Position numbers and translations under genes: made by a program
The notes under the pieces: generated by a model
Told to the model about the DNA's origin: nothing
What the model saw: the letters and a program-made list of their open reading frames with translations, nothing else
The model's database searches: none
In this document: piece by piece, positions 36,668 to 49,680 of the stretch
Position numbering within the stretch: position 1 is the first letter of the stretch
Layout of the letters: each line of letters opens with the position of its first letter
NCBI RefSeq assembly: GCF_004010195.1
Contig: NC_057718.1
Coordinates: forward strand, 53,627,615-53,691,614
Reading direction: 5' to 3'
Length of the DNA stretch: 64,000 nt
Source of the DNA: Chiloscyllium plagiosum
Lineage: Eukaryota

Positions 36668-39468
36668 ATAGAGTGGTCAAGTCCTATGGCGTGGAGACAG
36701 GCCCTTTGCCCCGTACTGGCCCATGCTGACCAAAATGTCCATCCACACTAACACCATTTCCCTGCACTTAACCTATATCCTTCTGAGCCTTTCCTATCCA
36801 TGTTTTTGTCTAAATGCCTTTTAGATGTGATTAATGTACCAGAACAACTTCCGCCAGCAGCTCATTCCATATGTATACCACCCTCTTTTAAAAAAGTTAC
36901 CCCTCAGGTTCCCTTTTATTCTCTCTCCTCTATACTTAAACTGATGTCCTCTGGTGCTCAATTGCCCCAGGTAAAAGACTGAGTGCATTCACCCTATCCA
37001 TGCCTCTCGAGATCTTATGCACTTCTATAAGATCCTTCCTCAGTCTCTTACGCTCTAAAGAAAAATGTCCTAGCTTGTTCAACCTCTCCTTATAACTCAG
37101 ACCATTGAGTCCAGGCAACATCCTTGTAAATTTCTTCTGCGCTCTTTCAAGTTAAATAGCATCCTTCCTATACCAAGGTGAGCAAAACTGAACACAATAC
37201 TCCAAATATGGCCTCACCAATGTCCTGTACAACTGCAACATAACTCCTCAGCTTCTATACTCAATGCCCTGACTAATGTAGGCCAGTGTGCCAAAAGCCT
37301 TCTTCACTGCCCTGTCTACCTGGGACTCCACTTTCAGAGAACTGTGCACCTGAACTCCAAGGCCCTACTGTTCCACCACACTTCCCAGGATTTTCTTTGC
37401 AACCCTTCTTGAATAAGAGCACAACATTTACTACCCTCCAGTCTTCCAAGCCCTCACCTGCGGTTAACGGTGATGCAAAAATATCAGCCAAGGCCTCCAC
37501 AATTTCTTCTCTCACCTCTAGTAGTGTTCTTGGATATATCCAGTCAGTACCAGGAGATTCATACATTCTAATATATCCAACACCTCCTCTACTGCGAGCT
37601 AAATTGTCCCCAAGATATGACCACTGACTTCCCTAAGTTCCCAATTTTCCATGTCTTTCTCCACAGTAAACACAGAGAAGGAACTTTCATTGAGGACCTC
37701 GCCCATCTCCTGCGGTTCTACACATACATGTCCACTTTGGTCCTTGACAGGCGTTATTCTCTCTCTAGTTATTCTTTTTTTCTTTAATATACTTAAAGAA
37801 CCTCTTTGGATTTACCCTAAGCTTCTCAGCCAAGGCTATCTCATACCCCCTTTTCACCTTCCTCATTTCCTTCTTCAGTAACTCCTGCAACTCCAATATT
37901 ATCTCCAGGGATTTCCTTGACCCCAGCTGCCTGTACCTGAGCCATGCCTCCATCTTTTTTCTGGTCAAAGTCGTAGTATCTCTTGTCATCCAGGGTTCCC
38001 TATTCCTGCCAACCTTGCCCTTCACTCTCACAGGAACATATAGACTTTGAACTCGAGCTATCTCATTTTTAAAGGTCTCATACCTGCCGGAGGACCCTGT
38101 GCCTGCAAACTACTCCAATTAACCCCTGCAATCTAATTCCATCAAAATTTGCCTTGCCCCAATTTAGAACTTCAACCTGTGGACCAGTTTTATCCCTCCC
38201 AATAACTATCTTAAAATTGCTGTTCCCAAAGTGTTCCCCCATTGTCACCTCCATCACTTGTCCTGCCCTATTTCCAAAGAGTAGGTTATGTTTTGCCCCT
38301 TCCTGAATAGGACCCTCTGAGCACTGCTTGAGGAAACTTTCCTGACCATACCAAATTCCACCCAAACTAAGCCCTTAGTGCTATAGTAGTCCAAGTCCAT
38401 ATTAGGAAATTAAAATCCCCTATTATGACAACCCTACTGCTCCTGCAAGTATCCCCAATCTCTCCCTGCATATTTGTTCCTCTAACTCCCGTTGACTATT
38501 ACAGGGCTATAGTAAAACTCCAATAACATCACCATTACCTTCTTATTTCTTCGCTCCACCCATAGAGCTTCACTGGATGATTCTTCAGTTATTTCATCTG
38601 ATTGCTGCTGTGATACTCTCCTTAATCAAAAATGCAACTCCCCCTATCCTCTTTCCACCACCTTTATCCTGCCAAAAACACCTGTACCCTGGCACATTAA
38701 GCTGCCAGTCCTGCCCCTCCCTTAACCATGTTTCTCTAATGGCTATAATATCCAAGTCCCACGTACCGATCCATGCCCTGAGTTCATTGGCTTTAGCTGT
38801 CAGCCTCTTGCATTGAAGTAAATGCAATTTAATCTAACAGGCATTCCTTGCTCCCTGTCATGTTCCAGCCTGATCCGTCTCTTCACTTTACTATTTCTGA
38901 TTACTGTATCTCCTTCCAGCCTCGCACTTGCCTCCCTGCTGTTGAGGATCCCACTCCCTGTGCCAATCTAGTTTAAACCCTCCCTTGTATTATTAGCAAA
39001 CCTGGCTACCAAGATATTGTTCTCCCTCCTGTTCAGAAGCATCCTGTCCCTCTTGAGCAGGTCACCTCTGCCCAGAAAACATCCCAATGATCTAAAAATC
39101 TGAATCGCTGTTCCCTGCACCAATTCTTTAGCCACACACTCATTTGCCATATCCTCCTGTTTTTACCCTCACTAGCACGTGGCACTGGAAGTAATCTGGA
39201 GATTACCACCAATGAGGTCCTGGTTTTTAACTTTTTTCCTAGCCCTCTATAATCTCTCTGCAGGACCTCATCTTTATTCTTATCTGTCATTTGTGCCAGC
39301 GTGCACAATGCCTTCTGGCTGCTCACCCACCTCCTTGAAAACATTCTGCAGCCGCTCTGAGACATCCTGGGCGGTGGCACCCGGGAGGCAACAGACCACC
39401 CTGGATTCCCATTTGCTACCACAGAATCTTCTGTCTGTCCCCGTCACTATTGAATCTCCTATCACTAA
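36668..39468 (-). mobile_element. CR1 with ORF1 esterase, ORF2 endonuclease and 3' end; RT core largely deleted
   Basis: IGDSIVTGTDRRFCG (SGNH esterase), IIAIRETWL...GGVAFLIK (endonuclease), tail at 36668; jump near 37365. Confidence 0.88.
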
Positions 39469-39980
39469 AGTTCTGAATCTCCGAAAATTAGTACTGACGG
39501 TTTATGATTGTTTAAAGTCTTGTCCTCTTTGGATGCATCCTTACCACACTGATAATATTCTTTAGGATAGAGGGGAAGAATGATCAAAATAGGTTGATGA
39601 TACTTGTGGTAGATTTGATGATTTCTGCAACACAAAATGTTCATTTTATTTTCAGAAATACTAGCCCTACTGATGGCACCCAAACTAAGACAAGGTTGGC
39701 AAGCTGGGAGAAGGTATAAAATTGGGTGGTGGGATATGGACATCATGCTTATTGCCAACCCACCTTGGCTGGGATTTTATCATTGGTGGGGCAAGGTGGA
39801 AGTCAAGCAGATTGTCTACCCTTGGTCCAACTGAGGTCCTTAAGTAACCAATTAATGACCCCTCAATGAGGGCAGAAGGAAGCCCTTAATAAGCGTGTTT
39901 GGGAACAAGGGTTTCCCTCCTGTTCCGGTAGTCTGTGTTAAACAGATGGTCCCAAATAGCCATCTCTCCCCCTCACCACA

Positions 39981-42271
39981 ACCTTTGCCACATGCGACTT
40001 CAATCAAGCCAATTTACGGAAGGTGTTTCCCAAGTACCATCAGAACATTACCTGCCCCATCAGGGGCCCAAACATTTTAGACCACTGTTACACCACTGTG
40101 AAGGATGCTTATCGCTCCATCCCCCGCCCTCATTTCAGGAACTCTGACCACAATGCAGTGTTTCTTCTCCAGGCTTATAGGCAAAAGCTCAAGCAGGAGA
40201 CCCCTTGCAGATACAGGTCCAGTGCTGGTTGGAGGAGGCAGAGGATCAACTCCGGTGATGTCTGGAATCGGCTGGCTGGGCCATGTTCAAACAGTCCGCA
40301 GGTACCTTGGATGAGTACACCACCACCGTCACAGACTTTATCAGCAAGTGTGTGGAGGACTGCATACCGAGGACATTAATCCGGGTGTTCCCCAACAGGA
40401 AATCCTGGATGAATCAGGACATACGGAACATGCTAAAAACCAGGCATGAGGCCTTCAGATCAGGAGACCCACTCAAGTATAAGGAATCCAAGTATGACTT
40501 TCTCAGAGCCATTAAGACAGCCAAGGACCAATACTGATCCAAACTACAGACCCAGACAGACACTCAGTGACTATGGCAAGGACTGAATGACATCACAGGT
40601 TCTAAAAAGAGACAGTGCAAGATAGCAGACTATCACATATACCTCCCAGATTCTGCTTATTTTGAGCAGAATTGCGGCAGAGAGGTAACACCTTTTCCGA
40701 CAAGTCCTTACGAACCTATCCGAACAGTCACTGCATCAGAGGTCAGATCAGTTTTCCTTCGTGTGAATCCAAGGAAAGCAATGGGACCAGACTGAGTTCC
40801 AGGCCGTGCACTCAGAGCATGCACAGATCAACTGGCAGAGGTCTTCTCAGACATCTTCACCCTCTCCCTGCAGCAGGCCACTGTCCCTGCCTATTTCAAG
40901 AGGGCCAACAGCATCCCTGTGCCTAAGAAAGCTCATACAGCATGTCTCAATGACTATCGCCCAGTGGCCCTAACTTCAGTGGCCGTGAAGTGCTTTGAAT
41001 GGCTGGTGATGGCATTAATTAAATCCAGCCTCCCCACTACCCTTGACCCAATTTGCCTATCGGACCAACAGATACATGTCAGATGCCATATCACTTGCCC
41101 TTCACTCCTCCCTGGAACATCTTGACACCAATAACAGCTATGTAAGAATCCCACTCATTGACTACAGTTCAGCCTTCAACACTATTGTCCCCTTGAGACT
41201 GACTACTAAACTTAGCGATCTCAGACTAAGCCCCACTCTCTGCAACTGGATCCTTAGTTTCCTGACCCAATTGGCCACAATCAGTGAAGACTGGGGACAA
41301 TATTTCATCGTCACTAACACTCAACACTGGAGCCCCCCAGGGATGCGTACTTAGCCCCCTACTGTACTCACTGTATACCCATGACTGCGTCACCAAATAC
41401 CAGACTAAAGCCATTTACAAGTTCGCTGATGATACCAACATAGTTGGTCGAATCTCAGATGGCGACGAAACAGACTACAGACAGGAGACGGAAGACCTGG
41501 AAAAATGATGCACTGAGAACAACCTAGCTCTCAATGCTGGCAAAACCAAAGGAACTCATTATTGACTTTCGGCGGGATGTTACTCATGCCCCCCTACACT
41601 TTAACAGCACAGAGGTGGAACAAGTGCAGAGTGTCAAGCTCTTGGGAGTGGTCATCCACAACAAGCTTTCTTGGACTCTTCATGTAGACGCACTGGTTAC
41701 AAAGACCCAACAACCTCTCTTCTTCCACAGGCAGCTGAGAAAATTTGGCATGATGGCGAATATCCTTGCCAACTTTTATAGGTGCATCATCGAGAACATT
41801 CTGTTTGGATGTATCACTACCGGGTATGGCAACTGTACCATTCAAAATCGGAGACTGTTGCAGAGAGTGGTGAACGCAGCCCAGACAATCACAAAGGCCA
41901 ACTTTCCACCTACAGAATCCATCTACCAGGCCCGCTGTCAAGGAAAGGCCACCAGCATTCTCAAAGATCCATCCCACCCTGGCAATGCTTTTCTACAACC
42001 TCTACCACTGGGGGAAAAGGTACAGAAGCCTGAACACAAGCACCAGTCAGTTTCGAAACAGTTTCTACCCTAATGTTGTTAGAATACTAAATGGACTCAC
42101 AAACTCTTAACATTTGCATGTACCTGTGTTTTTGTTTTTGCTGCTGTTTACTTATTATTTACTATCTATGCTACTTTACTCTGTGATCTGCCTGTATTGC
42201 ACACAAGACAAAGCTTTTCACTGTGCCTCGGTACACGTTAACAATAAATTCATTTCAATTCAATTCAATTC
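39981..42271 (+). mobile_element. Rex1/Babar LINE, 5'-truncated, frameshifted
   Basis: [52 protein letters not shown] and (TTCAA)n tail. Confidence 0.92.
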
Positions 42272-43139
42272 ACCAACCCACTCCCTCACCAATGTCTGCC
42301 AGCCATGCCATAGGAATTCCCTCTGCCACTTAGCTCAGTGTCTGTCTCCAGTGACAATCATCATACAGGACTGCATACAGTCCCAATGGTTATCACTGGT
42401 TTGAGTAGTGCTGCTGGCTATTTTGTTGATTACTATCAGTTTTGACTCTGTGGTACTGATTTTACCTCAGAGGATCACAGATTTAGCTTCCAATTCAACG
42501 GGTGGAGCACATGGTCTGGGCTGATATTTCAATGCAGGACTAAGAGAGTGCTGCCCTATTAGAGGTGCTATCCTTCAAATAAGCCATTAACTCAAAACCC
42601 TGTGTGCTCTAATAAATGAATTTAAACCATCCTGTGACATGATGCAAAACAAAGCAATACAAACCTCCTGCTGTCTCCTTTCTCTATTTTACAACAGTGA
42701 TTATGGTGCAAAACTATTTAATTGACTGTGAAATGCTTTGAGGTGCCCTGAGGTTGTGGAATGCACCAAATACATCCCACTGTTATTCTGCAGTGCACTC
42801 TGGGAGGAGGAATAGGCAAGACATATCAATAGCAAAACTCGAAGCTAAGTAAAATTGATTTGGTGATTTAAGGTAATTGGCAATAGAACCAGAGGGAAGA
42901 GGAGGAGAAATTGATTATATAGCAAGTGTGTCATGTTCTGGAACACACTGACTAAAAGGATGGTGGAAACAGATTCAGCAGAAACATTTGAAAGAGAACT
43001 GGGGATGTATTTAATGGAGAAAAGCATGCAGAACTTTGAGAGAAGCAATATTGAAGGCTAAAACACTTCAAAAGACCTGACAGAGGTATAAGGTACCAAA
43101 TATCCTCTATCTGTACAGTTTGATTATATGTTTCAATTT

Positions 43140-43425
43140 TGAAATGTTAACAGTTACAGTTAACCTGAGAATGTAACTTTTAAAAAAAGTTTTGTGATTT
43201 ACATATGAAAGAAGTGAAACTATCATGGTCATTCTAACAGATGAGAGACTTAACAAACAATCAATGTATAATTTCAGTTACATCACACTGTAAACTTTTA
43301 TTATAAATTCTGTGTCTTACAATTCTGTACTCCACAACCATCTGATGAAGGATCAGCGCTCCGAAAGCTAGTGCTTCCGATTAAACCTGTTGGACTATAA
43401 CCTGGTATTGTGTGATTTTCAACTT
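43140..43425 (+). mobile_element. PLE-type 3' terminus (family B)
   Basis: Hammerhead then TAAACCTGTTGGACTATAACCTGG...TGTGATTTT tail, shared with 53110-53237. Confidence 0.65.
43339..43373 (+). ncRNA. Minimal hammerhead motif (family B)
   Basis: CAT-CTGATGA-A-GGATC-AGC-GCTCC-GAAA-GCTA-GTG; one stem II mismatch. Confidence 0.7.
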
Positions 43426-43879
43426 CAAACAAATTTGTGAGACACGATTTTCCTCGCACAAAAATTGACTATCCCGAATCAATTTTAGATTGTGAAGGAG
43501 CAAAAATGGCCTTTAATAGAGTGATATATACTTCTCATCAGATGTGGGAGTTGAAAGAGAGTTTAAGGGTTACTGCGGATAAAATCTGCCGTAAATGCTG
43601 TTGGCTGCGAATCTTATCAGATCGAATGGATCGGTTGGAGAGTCAGTTAGAAGCAATGAGGAATTTGCAACAGTAACAGTATGTGATGGATGGCAGTTAT
43701 AGGAAGGGGGGAAAGTCTCAAATACAGTCACACAGATGGGTTAACTCCAGGAAAGGTAAGAGAGGTAGGCAGCTCGTGCAGGAGTCTTTTGTGGATATAC
43801 CGATTTCAAGGTTTGTGTGAAAATTTGTAGTCGGGTGCTCGTTGTTGTGGTTCTGTTTGCCAAGCTGGGGATTTGTGTT

Positions 43880-43919
43880 GCAGACGTTTCTTCCCCTGTC
43901 TAGGTGACATCCTCAGTGC
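43880..43919 (-). ncRNA. Hammerhead motif (family C), minus copy
   Basis: GCA-CTGAGGA-T-GTCACCT-AGAC-AGGGGAA-GAAA-CGTC-TGC; stem II closing pair broken. Confidence 0.65.
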
Positions 43920-43967
43920 TTGGGAGCCTCCTGTGAAGCGCTTCTGTGACCTTTCCTCCACCATTTG

Positions 43968-44526
43968 NNNNNNNNNNNNNNNNNNNNNNNNNNNNNNNNN
44001 NNNNNNNNNNNNNNNNNNNNNNNNNNNNNNNNNNNNNNNNNNNNNNNNNNNNNNNNNNNNNNNNNNNNNNNNNNNNNNNNNNNNNNNNNNNNNNNNNNNN
44101 NNNNNNNNNNNNNNNNNNNNNNNNNNNNNNNNNNNNNNNNNNNNNNNNNNNNNNNNNNNNNNNNNNNNNNNNNNNNNNNNNNNNNNNNNNNNNNNNNNNN
44201 NNNNNNNNNNNNNNNNNNNNNNNNNNNNNNNNNNNNNNNNNNNNNNNNNNNNNNNNNNNNNNNNNNNNNNNNNNNNNNNNNNNNNNNNNNNNNNNNNNNN
44301 NNNNNNNNNNNNNNNNNNNNNNNNNNNNNNNNNNNNNNNNNNNNNNNNNNNNNNNNNNNNNNNNNNNNNNNNNNNNNNNNNNNNNNNNNNNNNNNNNNNN
44401 NNNNNNNNNNNNNNNNNNNNNNNNNNNNNNNNNNNNNNNNNNNNNNNNNNNNNNNNNNNNNNNNNNNNNNNNNNNNNNNNNNNNNNNNNNNNNNNNNNNN
44501 NNNNNNNNNNNNNNNNNNNNNNNNNN
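43968..44526. other. Assembly gap (559 N)
   Basis: Run of N. Confidence 1.
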
Positions 44527-44605
44527 GACAACCAGAAGCGGCAGATTCAAACCACTACAAAGGCCGGAGGAAAGATCACAGAAGCGCTTCACAGGAGGCT
44601 CCCAA

Positions 44606-44645
44606 GCACTGAGGATGTCACCTAGACAGGGGACGAAACATCTGC
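44606..44645 (+). ncRNA. Hammerhead motif (family C), plus copy
   Basis: GCA-CTGAGGA-T-GTCACCT-AGAC-AGGGGAC-GAAA-CATC-TGC; stems I and II pair, ACGT changed to ACAT. Confidence 0.7.
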
Positions 44646-44911
44646 AACACAAATTCCCAGCTCAGCAAACAGAACCACAACAATGTACCCATTTCAAACA
44701 GGTATGCTGTTTTGGAAAATGTAGGGAGTGATGGATTCTCAGGGGTTTGTAGCACAAACAGCCAAGTTTCTGGTATTGAGACTGGCTCTAATGCAACGAG
44801 GGCTACATTGGGTTCCAAGAGATCAATTGTGTTACGGGACTCTCTAGTGCAAAGTATAGACAGACGTTTCTGTGGCCAGTATCGAAAAAGCTTCCCGCGT
44901 GCCAGGAGGTA

Positions 44912-45837
44912 CAGTTAGTAAGTTTGCAGATGACACCAAAATTGGAGGTGTAATGGACAGCGAAGAGGGTTACCTCAGATTATAATAGGATCTTGATCAG
45001 ATGGGCCAATGGGCTGAGAAGTAGCAGATGGAGTTTAATTCACATAAATGCGAGGTGCTGCTGCATTTTGGGAAAGTAAATCTTAGCAGGACTTATACAC
45101 TTAATGGTAAGGTCCTGGGAGTGTTGCTGAACAAAGAGACCTTGGAGTGCAGGTTCATAGCTTCTTGAAACTGGAGTTGCAGATAGATAGGATAGTGAAG
45201 AAGGTGTTTGGTATGCTTTCCTTTATTGGTCAGAGTATTGAGTACAGGAATTGGGAGGTCATGTTGCGGCTGTACAGGACATTAGTTAGGCCGCTGTTGG
45301 AATATTGCGTGCAATTCTGGTCTCCTTCCTATTGGAAAGATGTTGTGAAGCTTGAAAGGGTTCAGAAAGGATGTTGCCAGGGTTGGAGGGTTTGAGCTAT
45401 AAGGACAGATTGAACAGGCTGGGGCTGTTTTCTCTGGAACGTGGAAGACTGAGGGGTGACCTTATAGAGGTTTACAAAATTATGAGGGGCATGGATAGGG
45501 TAAATCGGCAAAGTCTTTTCCCTGGGGTTGGGGAGTCCAGAACTAGAGGGCATAGGTTTAGGATGAGAGGGGAAACATATAAAAGAGACCTACGGGACAA
45601 CTTTTTCACACAGAGGGTGGTACGTGTATGGAATGAGCTGCCAGAAGTGGTGGAGGCTGGTACAATTGCCACATTTAAGAGGCATTTGGATAGGTATATG
45701 AATAGGAAGGGTTTGGAGGGATATGGGCCGGTTGCTGGCAGGTGGGACTAGATTGGGTTGGGATATCTGGTCAACATGGACGGGTTGGACCGAAGGGTCT
45801 GTTTCCATGCTGTACATCTCTATGACTCTATGACTCT
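44912..45837 (+). mobile_element. CR1/HER1 3' part
   Basis: SKFADDTKIGG, YCVQFWSP, NFFTQRVVRVWNELP, (CTATGACT)n tail. Confidence 0.92.
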
Positions 45838-47638
45838 GAATCCTACCTTTTGTAATCACCTCCAACAATTTACCCACATCTGATATCAGACTCACTGGTC
45901 TCTTGTTCCCTGATTTCTTCTTACAACCTTTCATAGACAAAGGTACAACATTTGTCATCCTCCAGTCAGCACCCACAGTTATAGATGATGCTTGCCAGTT
46001 TTGTTTTGAATTGCTTTATTAGTGGCAGGAGCCTCCACAAGTAGCTCTGATATAAAGCTCCTTTGGTTTGACTGCTGCTGCCACGATGTGATCATACTGA
46101 GGACATAGATAGAGCTCGATCAGTCCTCATAGCAGTGAAAAGCAATCTTTTACTCTACATCACATACAGTACGTAAGTGGTAGAAGGAAGCATTCATAGA
46201 ATATCACAGGCTTGGTCCGAGATCAATGTATCAGCAGACATCGCTGATGACATTATTCCTGACAAGATGTATCTATTATCTTACAATTGCCTTCCATTCT
46301 CATGTTGCTCCATTTTCAACTATTATTAATTTCTCCAGAAGAAGCCACATTTGGATTTTATCTCATCTCTTTGCTTATTGTGTGTCTTTCACACATCCAG
46401 TGTAAGGGAAAGATAAAACTGTTATTGTCCTACCAGACCAATTATTCGAGATGGACGACAGCTGGTGGTTTAACCTGAGGGTCACCATGTGTCAGGTGAA
46501 AGGAGGGATTGAGATGGAGAGTTCTTCATGGTAACCTCAGCCAGTGCAGTACTTCATGAAAAGCTAAAGTCCCGTACAAAGAGAATGATTTTCCACAAGA
46601 CCTAGCTTGCTTTGTTTGACACTTTTTTTTGGACTTTTGCAACTCATCCACCAAAATTGCCGAGGGCGAACTGGAAGATCCCCAGAAATTCACCTGGATA
46701 ATTAATGACTGCAAGGCTTTCAGAGAAAGAGAAGGAGGTGGCTAACTTCTGTATGCTATCATTAATACAAAGCAGGAGCAGACCCTTGGGTCTAGAATTG
46801 CTGGGAGGCACTCACAAAGAACATTATTTTTATCTATTATTAAGCTGCATAATTAATAAGCATTAATCAGGTCCACACAACATGCTTTAGTGGTTTTATT
46901 AAAATTTGAAAAACACACCTTGGAAGTCAATTGATGAACACTATTATGATCGTCATTTTTATTTTCAAAATTAGCCATCAAATTCTGTCTAAATAGGTAT
47001 TTCCTTCAGTTTTATAATTATCCACGCCAGCTTCAGTTATTTCTGTCTGACAGGCAGCAGAAAAAAAAGTCTCATTTGCAACGTGAAGTTAATGAAAATT
47101 AGTTTCAGTAGGTGTTTCCCAAAGGCTTCTCCTGAGGCCAAATGTATTTGCCAGCCTAGCAGTTTGTGCATTGCATACATTCATATCGGCTGATGACATG
47201 GTGGTGCTTCACAGTTCACTTTTACCGAATTAAATTGCAAATGGCCCCTTCATGTGAAACGGAATGACAAGGCTCAGGTTCACTTAATGTTTAAAAATAA
47301 ATTTTCCATTGTTTGCAGTCCCCGCAAAAATAGCTATAGAGGTGAAAGATTTGACAGGCTGGGTTCAAGCTGCACCTCACGCAGCTCCTGCCAAAATGAA
47401 ATATCTTGGTTTTATCTTGTTGTCTGATTCCACTCACTGCTTTAGTTGGTAATCTTTTTGTGCGTCTCTTGATCTTATTTGCAATGCATCCTCGATGTGA
47501 ATACCAAGTGTTTCAAGTCACTGTGGATTTCAACAACCAACTGATGCAGTAATGCTGAAAGAAAAACTGGCTTTTGACGAGTACAGTTGATGGGTTTTAA
47601 TTAGAAATATTTTGCCATTTATATCAGGCAACCGTGAC

Positions 47639-47656
47639 ATCACCATCTGGTGGCAA
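47639..47656 (-). promoter_or_regulatory. Candidate CTCF site
   Basis: Minus strand TTGCCACCAGATGGTGAT is close to the CTCF core CCACCAGGTGGCG, in non-repetitive DNA. Confidence 0.4.
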
Positions 47657-48920
47657 AAAGTTGCTAATGATCTTTGCAAGGAAGGTAAATAGTTACTTTA
47701 TAAACTGGGAGGTTGTGCCTGAAATGCAGAAAAATAATTAATGCCAGATAGAAAATTGGATTTTGTCCCTCTGTGTAAGGTGTCTGAGGTTTTATTTGAA
47801 ATTAGATGCTACAAATGGTCTTATGAAATGCTAGCTATGAAATTCAATGTCCAATGAAAATGGAATTTAAATGTAATATATTAGGGAAAGTGTATAACAT
47901 ACCATCAATATATCAATTATTTGTTTATATATTGATTCACATAAAAATTAAGAACTCCACAATGATTTGCAAAGACAGCCTCAAGATTTTGCTCAATAGG
48001 TTTTCTGCACAGAGGTGCCTCATTTTAAATATCTGGATAAACAAACGTTATCCTCAGGAAAAAAGAAGTCCATTCTTATAAAAATAAAACAATAAATTCG
48101 GCAGAATCAGCAGCACTCCAGTTTAGGCGATGATGTATGCATGTGAGTCGTGAGCAGAGCATCGCCAGAATCTCTAGCAGCTCCAAAATTATCTGCAATC
48201 TGAATCATAGATGTATCCTGACCCTGCCGTTGTTGGCCATGTCACATGGACTCAGGATATTACTTGGGTCAGGTCAGTGTTGAAACCATGTTTCCCTTTG
48301 TGGGAGAATCTAGAACTAGGTATCATAGTTTAAAAGTAAGGGATGGCTCATTTAAGACAGAGACAGGGGACAAAAGATTCTCTCAGAAGTTGAGAGGTTT
48401 TGAATTCCCTTCCCCAAAGAGCAATGTAGAATGTTAAATATTTGTGACGCCGAGGTAGATAAATTCTGGTTTAGCCAGGGAATGAGAAATTATTGGAGGT
48501 ACACAGAAATGATTGAGGGTAAAATCTGATCAGCTATAATCTGAATGATGGAACAAGCTTGAAGGGTTGAGAAGTCTACTTTTATTTCTCATTTGTATGT
48601 CTGCCCATGTAGAAGGCTGCTGATTAAGAGGCAGCTTCTACATTCAGCAACCAATTAAAGATGCTGGGTAGGTTCCCGAGGTATGATGAACAAAGCTCTG
48701 GACGGTTAGCAGCCCCCCAACACCCCACCCCCACCCTCCGCTAAGGCTAAATGTCACAGAGTCAGCCAGGGAACCTAAAATTTAGGAGGCTTCTAGACCA
48801 TTGCTCATGGCTGAGATCTTCTTATCCCAGAGACTCCCATCATGAAGAGATTGAGAGAAGGCATCAACAACTATAATAAGACCTGCCTCCAGTTACTGCT
48901 GTGCTCTGACCGCAGTAGAG

Positions 48921-48996
48921 TCAAGAGTGTGGCGCTAGAAAAGCACAGCAGGTCAGGCAGCATCCGAGGACCTGGAGAATCAACGTTTCATGCAAA
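48921..48996 (-). mobile_element. 76-bp PLE family A tail truncated inside hammerhead stem II
   Basis: GAAAAGCACAGCAGGTCAGGCAGCATCC...ACGTTTCATGCAAA; AGTAGAG on both flanks (48914-48920, 48997-49003). Confidence 0.75.
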
Positions 48997-49294
48997 AGTA
49001 GAGGTTATTCCAATGAATGAAGTGGCCTAGTGGCATCAACAAATGAGCTTCAGTTAGTTCCTTAACTGGCAAGTGTCTACCCACCATTATTGGACAAATA
49101 GTCACTGCCACATTGATCCTGCTTCCAGCATTGTGCTCAGAGATAGGAACACGCTACAGACACTATATTCACATTTTTCTCCTGGTCTCACCCCTAATGG
49201 CACCTCTGTGGGTTGATAAAATTCCACAACATCCAGTGCTACACCGAATGTAACTCTAGTGATACTGTACTTCACACATCATCAAATTTTAATC

Positions 49295-49680
49295 AAAGAA
49301 GAAAGTGCTGGAGAAACTCACAAGATTTGAAAACAGCCATGGACAGAGTTGCTATTTCCAGTCCAAATATTCTTTGTTGGAACTGAAGACAGGTGGAAAA
49401 GCCCTATGGTCTTTTGTTGAAAGGGAAGGAGAGGTACATGGAGGAGAAGTAGGTCAGGGAAAGGCCGCAGACTGAGCGGAGGTGTTCTGCAATGTTACCA
49501 CCCAGTCCGTAAGCTTGACCATGACCTTCCGAATGCTTGCCATTCCAAAACCCCATCGTGTACTCTTGCTCACATTTCAGTCCTAGGCCTGCTGTGGTTT
49601 TCCAGTGAGGCCCAATGCAAACTTGAGGAACAGCACTTCAGTTTCTAAATGCGTACTTTACAGTGTTCTAGACTGTGAGT
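49295..49680. mobile_element. Old PLE remnant (inverted tail plus GIY-YIG C-terminus)
   Basis: Plus frame AHISVLGLLWFSSEAQCKLEEQHFSF near 49570-49645; minus-oriented tail at 49295-49390. Confidence 0.6.

Larger units (their letters stand above)
43810..44682. mobile_element. Fold-back PLE insertion (family C termini) spanning the gap
   Basis: 43810-43967 is largely the reverse complement of 44565-44682; flanks ATATACCGATTTCAA (43795-43809) / ATGTACCCATTTCAA (44683-44697), 13/15. Confidence 0.75.
43506..44885 (+). mobile_element. CR1 ORF1 fragment interrupted by PLE insertion
   Basis: MAFNRV...ICRKCCWLRILSDRMDRLESQLEAM (zinc finger/leucine zipper-like), PISNRYAVLE, VLRDSLVQSIDRRFCG. Confidence 0.8.

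Noticed and set aside
43806..44731. 215-261 aa ORFs in the track
   Set aside because: Artefacts of translating the N gap
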